A program made the translations under genes and the position numbers. 60,370 bases of DNA from an uncultured Alphaproteobacteria bacterium. Lineage in GTDB: Bacteria > Pseudomonadota > Alphaproteobacteria > SP197. Shown piece after piece: positions 19,652 through 28,964 of this stretch. The notes below the pieces were generated by a model. That model worked only from the letters and a program-made list of their open reading frames with translations. It did not search any database and had not been told where the DNA came from. The DNA lies in NCBI GenBank assembly GCA_938048755.1, contig CALIUG010000048.1, positions 1-60,370 on the forward strand, in the 5' to 3' direction. Position 1 is the first letter of the stretch. Each line of letters begins with the position of its first letter.

Positions 19652-21562
19652 GTGAGCGATCCCACGCACAACGAAAAGGCAAAGCCTTTGCCGCCTCACG
19701 GGGGCGACAGCCGCGCTGCACCGTCGGGTGTGACTGGCAGCGTGCGCGCTGCCGCCGCCATGACCGTTTCGGGCTGGCGCATGTTGCTGCCACGCGAGAA
19801 GATGGAAACGAGCATCATCTTCCTTGCTTCGTTCCTGTCGTCTGCCGTGGAACTGGCGGCACTTTCGACTGCGGTGCCGTTCATCGGCCTGTTGCTGGAG
19901 CCCGATTCCCCCGATCGTTTCCCCATGGTCAACGAAGCCCTGGCGCTGGTCGGTTTGAAACCGGAAGGCGACACCGTGTTCCTGATGGGCGGGCTCGTGA
20001 TCGCCAGCCTTGCCGTGGCCTTCCTGTTCCGGACTATCATCTTCATCGCAGTGGAACGGTTCAGCGCGCATTTTGCCAACCGGCTGGTGGATGAGTTGAT
20101 CCATGGCTGCCTGTTCGGTCCCTACGCATGGCTGCGCACGCAGAACGGTGCGCATCTGGCTCAACGCATCTCGGTTGATGCCGCTTCGGTCGGCCAGGCG
20201 CTCTTCGCCAGTGTTCTCGACCTCAGCTACGGCGTCTTCATTCTGCTCATCGGCCTGACGGCGGTGATCGCTGCCTCGTCCTGGATGACCATCGGGGTCC
20301 TGATCGGTTTTGGCCTGCTGGCTGCGCTGATCCTTGCGGCGCTCAATCCGCTCTCGGCGCGTTATTCTGCCGACCAGCGCCATCAGAGCATCAAGAGCGT
20401 GCAGCAGGCCGTCGAATCTCTCAGTGGTGCCAAGGTTCTGAAGGTTTCCGGGCGTGAGCGTTACTTCCTGGACCGGTTCGCGACCAGCTGGCGACGTGCG
20501 AACTTCTCGCGCATGAAACTCAATGTGGTCAACAAGACGATCCCTGCCATCACCATGCTGGTGGGGCAGATTGCCATGTTGTCGCTTGCCATGACCCTGG
20601 TTGCCATTCAGCTCTCGGCCGAAATCATCGTGGCGCAGCTGACCTTTATCCTTCTGGTGCTGGTGCGCGTCCTGCCTGCCGTCTCCCAGATCAGTGGCGC
20701 CATCAACCGGCTGGTCAAGCTGGAACCGTTCTATGTCGGCTACAGCGAACTGCTGGGCTGGATCAAGAGCTGGACCACGACCCATACCGCCGCCGAAGTG
20801 CCCCATGGCGAGAGCCTGGCCTGGCAAACCCTGACCTTTGAAGAGGTTGCCTTTCGCTATGCCGATGCTGATCGGGCGCAGCTTGAAGACATCAACCTCA
20901 CGCTCGAACGCGGCAGTAGCTACGCCTTTGTCGGTGCTTCAGGCGCAGGCAAGAGTACTCTGCTGGATATCCTGCTTGGCCTGCTGATCCCGACCGGGGG
21001 GCTGGTGCGTCTGGACGGCAAACCGCTGACCGGAGGTATGCGCAACGCCTGGCTCTCGGTGATCGGCTATGTGCCCCAGGAAGCCTTCATCATTGATGAT
21101 TCCCTGCGCCGCAACATCGCCTTTGGCCTCGATGACACGCAGATCGATGATGCCAAGGTCTGGCGCTGCCTGGAGCTCGCGGAACTGGCCGATGTTGTGA
21201 AAACATGGCCGGACGGTCTGGAAACATCCCTGGGCGATGCCGGTGGCAGACTCTCGGGCGGACAGCGCCAGCGTGTGGCCATCGCACGCGCACTCTACGG
21301 CGACCCCCAGGTTCTGGTGTTTGACGAAGCGACCAGCGCGCTGGATGTCCCGACCGAACGCGCCATTCGCGGCACGATCAGTCGCCTGGGGGGCGAGCGC
21401 ACTCTGGTGACCATCACCCACCGCATGGGTTCTCTTGCCGATTGCGACAAGATCTTCGTGCTGGAGGACGGCGCCATCACGGCATCAGGCAGTCACGATG
21501 CCTTGTCGCGCGATAGCCGCTCATTCCGCCTGCTCTCGGACGCGCGCGTGGAAAGCGCATGA
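19652..21562 (+). CDS. ABC transporter permease/ATP-binding fusion (MsbA/PglK-like glycan flippase)
   Basis: Several hydrophobic helices, then GASGAGKST, VPQE, LSGGQRQR, DEATSALD, ITHR. GTG start at 19652 assumed. Confidence 0.88.
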   Translation: MSDPTHNEKAKPLPPHGGDSRAAPSGVTGSVRAAAAMTVSGWRMLLPREKMETSIIFLASFLSSAVELAALSTAVPFIGLLLEPDSPDRFPMVNEALALVGLKPEGDTVFLMGGLVIASLAVAFLFRTIIFIAVERFSAHFANRLVDELIHGCLFGPYAWLRTQNGAHLAQRISVDAASVGQALFASVLDLSYGVFILLIGLTAVIAASSWMTIGVLIGFGLLAALILAALNPLSARYSADQRHQSIKSVQQAVESLSGAKVLKVSGRERYFLDRFATSWRRANFSRMKLNVVNKTIPAITMLVGQIAMLSLAMTLVAIQLSAEIIVAQLTFILLVLVRVLPAVSQISGAINRLVKLEPFYVGYSELLGWIKSWTTTHTAAEVPHGESLAWQTLTFEEVAFRYADADRAQLEDINLTLERGSSYAFVGASGAGKSTLLDILLGLLIPTGGLVRLDGKPLTGGMRNAWLSVIGYVPQEAFIIDDSLRRNIAFGLDDTQIDDAKVWRCLELAELADVVKTWPDGLETSLGDAGGRLSGGQRQRVAIARALYGDPQVLVFDEATSALDVPTERAIRGTISRLGGERTLVTITHRMGSLADCDKIFVLEDGAITASGSHDALSRDSRSFRLLSDARVESA

Positions 21563-23868
21563 ACGTCGCGACCATGCAGTTCGGTACCAAGGGTGAAACC
21601 CTGGCGCGTCTTGCGCCGCTGGTGCCCGACGCCAGATTCTGTGCCCAGATCCTGTTTACCGTGGCGGACTGGAACCAGGATGCCGATGCACTGCTGCGCC
21701 GGATCATGGCGGAGTTCGGTGACGGGCTTCTGGTGGTGCGCTCCAGTGGGCTCTCCGAGGACACCCACGCCTCATCCATGGCCGGTGTTTTCGACAGTGT
21801 GATTTCCGTGGAGCCGACACAGGAATCGATCACCCGCGCCGTAGAAACCGTCATGGCGAGCTACGGCAACGGGCCGGACGGCAACCAGATTCTGGTCCAG
21901 CCCATGATCCGCGATGTCGATATCTCCGGGGTGGTCGTGACCCGCGAGCTCACCGTTGGTGGCCCCTATTTCGTCATCAACTACGACGATTTCTCAGGCC
22001 GCACCGACACCGTGACCAGCGGGGCAGAAAGCAAGACCCTTCTGATCCACCATGATTCCGTCGAGGGCCTTCATTCGCCGCGCTTCCTGCGCCTGATCGC
22101 GATTGTGAAGACGCTCCAGGCGACCTGCGCCAATTCCCTGCTTGATATCGAGTTCTGTATTGCCGGTGACGACATCACCATCCTTCAGGTGCGCCCGCTC
22201 ACCATGCATGGACGCTGGCAGGCCGCGCCGGATGCCGATGTTGCCGCCAGCCTCACGCACATTCGCAACGATTGGGCCGAACGCACAGCTCCTCACGGTG
22301 CGATTTTCGGCGATGCACCGGTGCTCAGCGACATGGCCGACTGGAATCCGGCCGAGATGATCGGCCAGGCCCCGCGCCCCCTTGCCCTCTCGCTCTATCG
22401 GCGTCTCATTACCGACCGAACCTGGTGTGAGGCGAGGTTCGACATGGGGTATCGCCGCTTCACACCTGAGCCTCTTCTGATCGACCTGGGCGGCAGGCCC
22501 TATATTGATGTGCGTCTCAGCCTCAATTCTCTGTTGCCCGATGGGCTCGCAGACGGGGTTGCCGAACCGATTGTCACCCAGCAGCTCGCCATGCTGCGTG
22601 ATCAGCGTGATCTCCATGACAAGTTCGAGTTCGAGATCGCGCTTTCCAGCATGGACTTCGGATTCGCCGAGAAGGCCGGGCGTCTCGAGGTCGGGGACCT
22701 GGGCGACCTTGAGGATCTCCTGCGTGGCCTTACCAACGGCTGGATCGCGACCCGGCATGGTGAATTCCAACGCCTTTCGGACATGACCAGCCGGCTGGAT
22801 GCCGGAGTCGCGCAAACGTCTTCCAACCTGGTGCGGGCAGACCTACTCCTGGAAAACTGCCGGCATTACGGCACCCATCCGTTTTCGATTGTCGCGCGCC
22901 ACGCCTTCATCGCCATGGCGTTCGTCAAGTCGCTGGTCGCCCGTGATGCTGTCGATCCCGCCACAGCCGCTCGCCTGATGACCAGCGTGCATACGGTTGC
23001 TGCCGATGTGGTGGACGGCATGCACGGCGTTTCAAGGGGCACCACGACCATGGAGGCCTTCCTGGGTTTCTGCGGCCATCTGCGCCCGGGCACCTATGAC
23101 ATCCTCTCGGCACGTTATGACGCTGCGCCCGATCTCTACCTCAAGGGCAGCATGGCCGAGCCTGCGCCGGTAGAGCCTTTTGTCTGGGCTCAGGACGAGG
23201 GCAAGGCGCTGCAGTCTCTGCTGAACGATCATGGCCTTGATACCGATCCTGAGGGGCTGATGGATTACATCAGCCAGAGCGTGGCCGGTCGCGAGCAGAT
23301 CAAGTTCGACTTCACCCGCAACATTTCAGATGCGCTCGAAGCGCTGGCAGCCTGGGGCGAAGGCGTAGGACTCAGTCGTGATGACCTCTCGTATCTCGAT
23401 ATCGGAACGATTCTGAACGGATCGAACAAGGCCCCCGAAGAACTGCAAGAGATCGTGGCGCAGCAGCGTGAACAGCATGCCGTAACCCTGACCCTGCGCC
23501 TGCCGGAGGTCGTGACCGGCGTGGCCGACATCGGCGTTGTGCGCATGCCCCTGGGCAAGCCGACCTTCACGACACAGGAAGCGGTCACGGCCCGCGTCGT
23601 CGACCTGGAACGTGATGGTGCTGATGCGTTGGATGGCGCCATTGTCCTGATCGAGGCGGCCGATCCCGGTTATGACTGGATCCTGTCTCACGGCATCGCG
23701 GGCCTCGTAACCAAGTTCGGCGGTGCGAACTCGCATATCGCAATCCGTTGTGCGGAGTTTGGTCTTCCCGCCGCGATCGGGTGTGGCGAACGTCTGTTTG
23801 CCGAACTGGGGCGTGGTTCTGTGATCGAACTCGACTGTGCCACCCGAACCCTGCGGTCGATCGCATGA
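21559..23868 (+). CDS. L-glutamine kinase-like PPDK/PEP-utilising enzyme (Cj1418 homologue)
   Basis: FGTKGETL, VRSS...ED...SMAG, DIEF, LQVRP (ATP-grasp), MADWNPAEMIG, GHLRPGTYDI, ADPGYDW, GGANSHIAIRCAEFGLPAAIGCGE (phospho-His domain). Confidence 0.85.
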   Translation: MNVATMQFGTKGETLARLAPLVPDARFCAQILFTVADWNQDADALLRRIMAEFGDGLLVVRSSGLSEDTHASSMAGVFDSVISVEPTQESITRAVETVMASYGNGPDGNQILVQPMIRDVDISGVVVTRELTVGGPYFVINYDDFSGRTDTVTSGAESKTLLIHHDSVEGLHSPRFLRLIAIVKTLQATCANSLLDIEFCIAGDDITILQVRPLTMHGRWQAAPDADVAASLTHIRNDWAERTAPHGAIFGDAPVLSDMADWNPAEMIGQAPRPLALSLYRRLITDRTWCEARFDMGYRRFTPEPLLIDLGGRPYIDVRLSLNSLLPDGLADGVAEPIVTQQLAMLRDQRDLHDKFEFEIALSSMDFGFAEKAGRLEVGDLGDLEDLLRGLTNGWIATRHGEFQRLSDMTSRLDAGVAQTSSNLVRADLLLENCRHYGTHPFSIVARHAFIAMAFVKSLVARDAVDPATAARLMTSVHTVAADVVDGMHGVSRGTTTMEAFLGFCGHLRPGTYDILSARYDAAPDLYLKGSMAEPAPVEPFVWAQDEGKALQSLLNDHGLDTDPEGLMDYISQSVAGREQIKFDFTRNISDALEALAAWGEGVGLSRDDLSYLDIGTILNGSNKAPEELQEIVAQQREQHAVTLTLRLPEVVTGVADIGVVRMPLGKPTFTTQEAVTARVVDLERDGADALDGAIVLIEAADPGYDWILSHGIAGLVTKFGGANSHIAIRCAEFGLPAAIGCGERLFAELGRGSVIELDCATRTLRSIA

Positions 23869-24554
23869 GCAAACCCCTGTTTGCGGTCTCCATGCGGGTC
23901 CAGCAGGCTGTGGGATACCACGAGCCGCGCGATGCCCTGGCCCATGACTGGTGGGCACAGATCGCAGACTGGGGCGGCATGCCGCTGCCCGTACCCAATC
24001 TTGGTGCAGGCATCGGCGCCTGGCTCGATGCGCTTGGCCCCTCAGTCGTGATTCTGACTGGCGGGAACGATGTCATCACGCGCACCGATGCTGCTGATGA
24101 CCGTTCGCCTGAACGCGATGCCACCGAACACGCCATGATTACCTGGGCCGGCGAACGTGGCGTGCCGGTTTTTGCCACATGCCGGGGACTGCAGGTGGTC
24201 AACCTCCATTTCGGTGGTGCGGTGCACGAGATTGCCGACAAGGGCAGCCATGTCGGGCGCGATCATGCCGTCACTCTGTCGCCGCCGTTATGCGAACTGG
24301 CCGGAAGCGGAACGGCAACGGTCAACTCGTTCCACAATTTTGGTGTGGCGCCGGACGCGGTTGGCGACGGCCTAAAGGTTTGTGCGGTCTCCACCGGGGA
24401 TGGTCTGGTGGAGGCGTTGGTGCATCGCGATGCGCCCATCGTTGCACTCCACTGGCACCCCGAACGGCGTGCGCCGGGAACGCAAGGCTTCGAAGACACT
24501 CTGTTCCGACGGCTTCTGGCCGAGGGCGCATTCTGGAAGGAAACGAGCGAATGA
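23865..24554 (+). CDS. gamma-glutamyl-CDP-amidate hydrolase-like class I glutamine amidotransferase (Cj1417 homologue)
   Basis: ATG 23865 overlaps upstream stop. SMRV...YHEPRDALAHDW, LTGGND, TCRGLQ, VNSFH, WHPER. Confidence 0.83.
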   Translation: MSKPLFAVSMRVQQAVGYHEPRDALAHDWWAQIADWGGMPLPVPNLGAGIGAWLDALGPSVVILTGGNDVITRTDAADDRSPERDATEHAMITWAGERGVPVFATCRGLQVVNLHFGGAVHEIADKGSHVGRDHAVTLSPPLCELAGSGTATVNSFHNFGVAPDAVGDGLKVCAVSTGDGLVEALVHRDAPIVALHWHPERRAPGTQGFEDTLFRRLLAEGAFWKETSE

Positions 24555-25345
24555 AGGTTCTGATTGTTGCTGCCGGCCGGGGTTCGCGCCTTGGCGTTCA
24601 CAGCGACCAAACGCCCAAATGCCTGACGCCTTTTGCCGGATACAGGTTGCTGGACCTCCAGCTATCGGTTCTCCGCGGGGCGGGTCTTGATGATATCCAT
24701 CTGGTGCGCGGTTATCTCGGCGAGCAGCTCGATGGCCTGGGCCTCACGCTCTGGGACAATCCCGATTGGTCAGCGACCAACATGGTTGCTTCCATGCTGT
24801 GTGCGCGTCCGGTTCTTGAATCCGGTGAGGATGTCATCCTGGCCTATGGCGACATCATCTATGAAGAGAAGATCCTCGAGGCACTGCTGGCCGATGACAG
24901 TGAGGCCGGTGTGATCGTGGACCGTGAATGGCTGAAGCTCTGGATTCTGCGCAGCGACGATCCGCTTTCGGATGCAGAGAGCCTGCGCCTTGATGGTGGC
25001 GGCAACATCATCGATATCGGACGCAAGGTGCCGAGCCTGGACGAGATCGAGGCGCAGTACATCGGCCTCATGCGGTTCTCAGCCAAGGCGTGCGGCGAAC
25101 TGCTCGACCTCCTCGATCGTGCAGCCCAACCCGGCGGCGATGTGCAGGGCAAGCCGGTCGCCAACTGTTACATGACAGACCTGCTGCAGGCCCACATCGA
25201 TCATGGTGGCAAGCTCCATGCCGTCCCCATCGATGGCGGCTGGATCGAAGTCGATACTGATGAGGACCTTGCGCGTTACACCGCCCTGGTCGAGGCCGGA
25301 ACGTTTGGCGATCTGTGCGGTATCAAGGCATTGGCCGGGCGATAG
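24551..25345 (+). CDS. CTP:phosphoglutamine cytidylyltransferase-like NTP transferase (Cj1416 homologue, LicC family)
   Basis: AAGRGSRL..PKCL, TNMV, YGDIIY, W.KLW..R..DPLSDAE, EIEAQYIGL, YMTDLLQ, WIEVD. Confidence 0.85.
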   Translation: MKVLIVAAGRGSRLGVHSDQTPKCLTPFAGYRLLDLQLSVLRGAGLDDIHLVRGYLGEQLDGLGLTLWDNPDWSATNMVASMLCARPVLESGEDVILAYGDIIYEEKILEALLADDSEAGVIVDREWLKLWILRSDDPLSDAESLRLDGGGNIIDIGRKVPSLDEIEAQYIGLMRFSAKACGELLDLLDRAAQPGGDVQGKPVANCYMTDLLQAHIDHGGKLHAVPIDGGWIEVDTDEDLARYTALVEAGTFGDLCGIKALAGR

Positions 25346-25365
25346 ATCGAGACTTGGCGCAAACC

Positions 25366-26604
25366 ATGTCATTTGGATTGATCCCTGTTCTCGTGACCGC
25401 CGGTGCCGTGCTGGCGGCCGTTGAAGCGGCTGCGTGGACGGTGGTCATGATCTTCCGACGCAACTTTCCCTGGCTCATCGTGCCCCGTGACGCCAGGCCG
25501 GAGATCGCCACGGACGTGATCGAGAAATACGCCCGCGTGAGCTTCGATGCGGAGCTGGGCTGGGCACGCAAGCCCGGTACGTCGGGCCTCGATGTCTCGC
25601 CTGAGGGCGATGCAGCCTTTTCCATCGCGGACGATGGTGCGCGTACCAACCCGGGTTTCGAGGGCAAGCCCAGCAGTGTTGCGGTCTTTGGTGATTCCTA
25701 CGCCTTCTGCCGTCTGGTCGGTGACGGAGAGACCTGGCCACACGCGCTCTCCGGTCTGTGCGGGACCAACGTGCGCAACTTCGGTGTCGGCAATTACGGT
25801 CTGGACCAGGCGCTCCTGCGTTATGAACGTCAGGCCCCTGACCACAAAGGCTCTGTCGTGATCATGGCTGTGGTGCCCGAAACCATTGCCAGGGTTCACT
25901 CGTTCTGGAAGCACTTCTATGAGTAAGGCAACACGCTGGCGTTCAAGCCGATGTTCCAGATTGAAGGGGATGACCTCAAGCTGGTCCCGTGTGCGGTCCA
26001 GGAGGCACACGAAATCGCCGAGACCTCGCGCTGGCGTGACGCTGTGCGCCAGAACGACCGGTTCTACCGCGAGAAGTTCCTGGCAGACCTGATCCGGTTT
26101 CCCGCGAGCCTCAGCATCCTGCGCCGGTGGCGGCGTCATGGACGCATTCTTTCCGAACTGCTTTGCGGCGCGATGACCGGGGAACCCGAAGCTGCGCGCC
26201 GCAGGGCGTTTTCGGTTGTGCTCGATGAAAACCACCTGCATCAGCGGCGTCTCTTTGCCGAGCCGGAAGCAGGGGAACTGCTGCGCCGGCTGGTGGTCCG
26301 TTTCGAGGCGACGGCCAGACGTCACGGCGCAACGCCGCGCCTTGTCATCCTTCCTCAGCTCCGTGACCTCGCGGACCGGGCATCAGGCAGGGATGTCAGC
26401 CGGGAGGTTGTCCACAAACTGGGCGAGGTTGTGCCTGTTCTCGACCTTGGTGATGTCCTGCTGCAACAGCACGATGCCATGGAGGTCTATGAGGAGGGCG
26501 CATTGGGGCCGCATACCAGTCCCAATGCGAACCGTCTGATCGCCGAAACCGTACATCAATGGCTGGCTGCCGACGGGCTGGCCGGGGTGAAGGAAAGCAA
26601 CTAA
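25366..26604 (+). pseudogene. Membrane-anchored SGNH/GDSL-like protein split by an in-frame TAA at 25924-25926
   Basis: ORFs 25315-25926 and 25951-26604 share a frame. Read-through gives HFYE*GNTLAFKPMF. N-terminal TM helix, FGDSYAF, NFGVGNYGLDQA, C-terminal GPHTSPNANRLIA. Confidence 0.78.
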
Positions 26605-26608
26605 CGCC

Positions 26609-28408
26609 ATGTCTCTCTGGGCTTCACGATTCAAGGAATTCTGCCGTGACGCGGTGATTCCGCCTGCCCTGTGGAAGGCGCTTTCCAATGCTTCACGTGC
26701 CATGCATGCCGACAAGCGCAAGGCCGACAAGAACAAGAGCCAGTATCCCTATATCTGGGATGGTGACGACTTCGAACTTGCCCACGACCTGCGTTATGTT
26801 GCGGTCCCCGATGCGACCGGTGCCATGGGCATCACCCGTGCGCGCGATACCCGTGCTGCCATCGAGGTGCAGAGGGATGTCGATATCAGCGTCGGTCCGT
26901 TTCCGCCTGATACCGTTGCCTTCACGACTGCATTTGCCCAGGCGCGCATCAATCTTCCCTATGCCGATCTCACGGTGACGCTGGATGGCAAGCCCGTCAC
27001 CCAGATCAAGGGGCCGCTGATTGCCGAGAACTGGAACAACGTTCGAGTGCCCATCGGGGACCCCGCAAAGGTTTCGACCCTGCGTCTGAGCTGGTTGGGC
27101 GAGCGGTTGTATCTGTCCCAGCCGGTGCCGGAACGGGTTCTGGCCGACCGGGAAAAACGCTCCAACGTGATTGTTCTGGTACTTGATTCCATGGTGCCCG
27201 AAACCGTGGGGTGCCTTTCGGGCGCGTCACCAGAGGAATCGTTCACGCCCCAGATCGACCGCTACTTCGCAAACGGCCAGCTGTGCACCAACGCCTACAG
27301 CCAGAGCGAATACACGATGCCCTCGCTCGCCACGATGATGACGGGGCTTTATCCCATCCAGCACGGTGTCTTCACCCATGACCGGTGTCAGCGCACCATC
27401 CCGCCCCAGATTCCGACTCTGGCGGAGTTTCTGCAGGAAGCAGGTTACCGAACGTTTGCCTATTCGACGGGGCGTCGGTACGTGCCGCCCTATGGTCATT
27501 ACCGCGGGTTCGAGCGCTTTCATTTTCACAACCAGAGCCTGGCAGACACGACCGACACGGTGGTCAACCGGGCGATGGAGTTCATCGAGACGCACAAGGA
27601 TTCACCGACCTTCTGTTTCCTGCACATCATCGATCCGCACCCCCCCTTTGCCCTGCCGACCTATTTTTCCGAACTCAATTCGGGTGAGTCACGCTGGGGG
27701 GACAGCCGAAGCCTTTATGGCGCCTTCAAGCTGCATCGTGACAGCCGCGAGCGTGTCGCCGACCTGCGCGAGATGGAGCGCGTCATGGTGCGCAATCTCG
27801 ACTTCATCCTGGGCAAGCTCTTTGGCTATCTGGAACGCGAAGGCCTCAACAAGACAACCGATGTCATGGTGCTGGCTGATCATGGACGGGAATACATGAA
27901 GGGCTCGCCGCTGCTGACCCGCAGCCTGACCCGTATTCCATTCCTGCTCACCGGCCCCGGTGTGAAGTCGGGCACCTGTGACGGTTTCGTTGAGCCGCCC
28001 ATCGATCTTTATCCAACCATTGCAGGGATGGCCGGATTGGAGCCGCCGCCGCATCTTTCCGGACGCAACGCGATTGAACCCGAAGGCGGCTATCGCACGG
28101 TCGGGCGATCGGAATCTCTCTTCCGGGAGACCGGTGAAATCGTTCTGCGCGAGGATGACCGCATGTACGCCCTGCGCTTCCCGCTCGATGACCTTGCCGG
28201 TGAGGGGGATTTTGACGCGCCGGTCGGTGAATGGCTGTTCCGCCGGGATCCAGCGACCAAGGAAGAGGACATGAGCGAGAATCTGCTCGATTCCGAACCG
28301 GAAACCACGGCGCGGTTCCGCAAGATGGTGCGCGATCACTACGACGGCATGGAACGCCATTTCTCCAACGACAACATCATCGCCATGACGCGGGACTATC
28401 CCAAATGA
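26609..28408 (+). CDS. Alkaline-phosphatase/sulfatase superfamily protein with Thr at the nucleophile position
   Basis: NVIVLVLDS, SQSEYTMPSLATMMTGLYP, LHIIDPHPPF, VLADHG, IPFLL, DLYPTI. About 185-aa N-terminal extra region. No obvious signal peptide. Confidence 0.83.
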   Translation: MSLWASRFKEFCRDAVIPPALWKALSNASRAMHADKRKADKNKSQYPYIWDGDDFELAHDLRYVAVPDATGAMGITRARDTRAAIEVQRDVDISVGPFPPDTVAFTTAFAQARINLPYADLTVTLDGKPVTQIKGPLIAENWNNVRVPIGDPAKVSTLRLSWLGERLYLSQPVPERVLADREKRSNVIVLVLDSMVPETVGCLSGASPEESFTPQIDRYFANGQLCTNAYSQSEYTMPSLATMMTGLYPIQHGVFTHDRCQRTIPPQIPTLAEFLQEAGYRTFAYSTGRRYVPPYGHYRGFERFHFHNQSLADTTDTVVNRAMEFIETHKDSPTFCFLHIIDPHPPFALPTYFSELNSGESRWGDSRSLYGAFKLHRDSRERVADLREMERVMVRNLDFILGKLFGYLEREGLNKTTDVMVLADHGREYMKGSPLLTRSLTRIPFLLTGPGVKSGTCDGFVEPPIDLYPTIAGMAGLEPPPHLSGRNAIEPEGGYRTVGRSESLFRETGEIVLREDDRMYALRFPLDDLAGEGDFDAPVGEWLFRRDPATKEEDMSENLLDSEPETTARFRKMVRDHYDGMERHFSNDNIIAMTRDYPK

Positions 28409-28433
28409 CGGTGTATGGACCGGGAGAACAGCG

Positions 28434-28961
28434 GTGATCATCTGGCTCATCGGCCTGTCGGGTGCCGGCAAGACGACCATCGGGCGCGAGGTCTGGCAGC
28501 AATGGCGCGAGCAGGACCCCGCCACGGTGTTCCTTGACGGCGACATTCTGCGGGACGTCTGGGGCGACCGCCTGGGGCACGATGTCGAGGGCAGGGCGCG
28601 CAACGCCCATCGCATCTCCCATCTGTGCCGGGTTCTGGACGAGCAGGGCATCAATGCCGTCGCGGCGGTTCTGTCGATCTTTCCCGAATGGCAGGCCTGG
28701 AACCGCGAGACATTTTCGTCTTACTACGAGGTCTTTCTGGATCTTCCCATGGAGGTTCTGAAACAACGCGATCCCAAGGGGATCTATGCCGCCCATGACA
28801 GTGGCGAAATGCCACTGGTGGTAGGGTGTGACCTGCCGTTTCCCACACCGCCCGCGCCGGATCTGGTGCTGGGCGAAGACGCCATGAAAAGCAGCCCGGG
28901 CGATCTTGCCCGCCGTATTCTCGGTGATTCGGGTGTGCTCCATGATCAAGAAGGAGTTTGA
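28434..28961 (+). CDS. Adenylyl-sulfate-kinase-like protein, probable cytidine diphosphoramidate 3'-kinase (Cj1415 homologue)
   Basis: IIWLIGLSGAGKTT, LDGDILR, WNRETFSSYYEVF, RDPKGIY, VVGCDLPF. Context next to Cj1416-18 homologues. Confidence 0.82.
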   Translation: MIIWLIGLSGAGKTTIGREVWQQWREQDPATVFLDGDILRDVWGDRLGHDVEGRARNAHRISHLCRVLDEQGINAVAAVLSIFPEWQAWNRETFSSYYEVFLDLPMEVLKQRDPKGIYAAHDSGEMPLVVGCDLPFPTPPAPDLVLGEDAMKSSPGDLARRILGDSGVLHDQEGV

Positions 28962-28964
28962 CGC

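Noticed and set aside
21559-23868. Housekeeping PPDK/PEP synthase or rifampicin phosphotransferase
   Set aside because: It lacks the C-terminal PEP-binding barrel, carries DWNPAE and GHLRPGTYDI motifs, and is coupled to Cj1417/Cj1416-like genes.
27640-27646. Homopolymer phase-variation tracts as in Campylobacter MeOPN genes
   Set aside because: The longest runs I noticed are 6-7 C/G and in frame, which is unremarkable at this GC content.
26609-28961. Sulfation module (sulfatase + APS kinase) linked to cysI
   Set aside because: No ATP sulfurylase or sulfotransferase is seen, the sulfatase signature is absent, and the Cj1416-18-like neighbours explain the kinase better.
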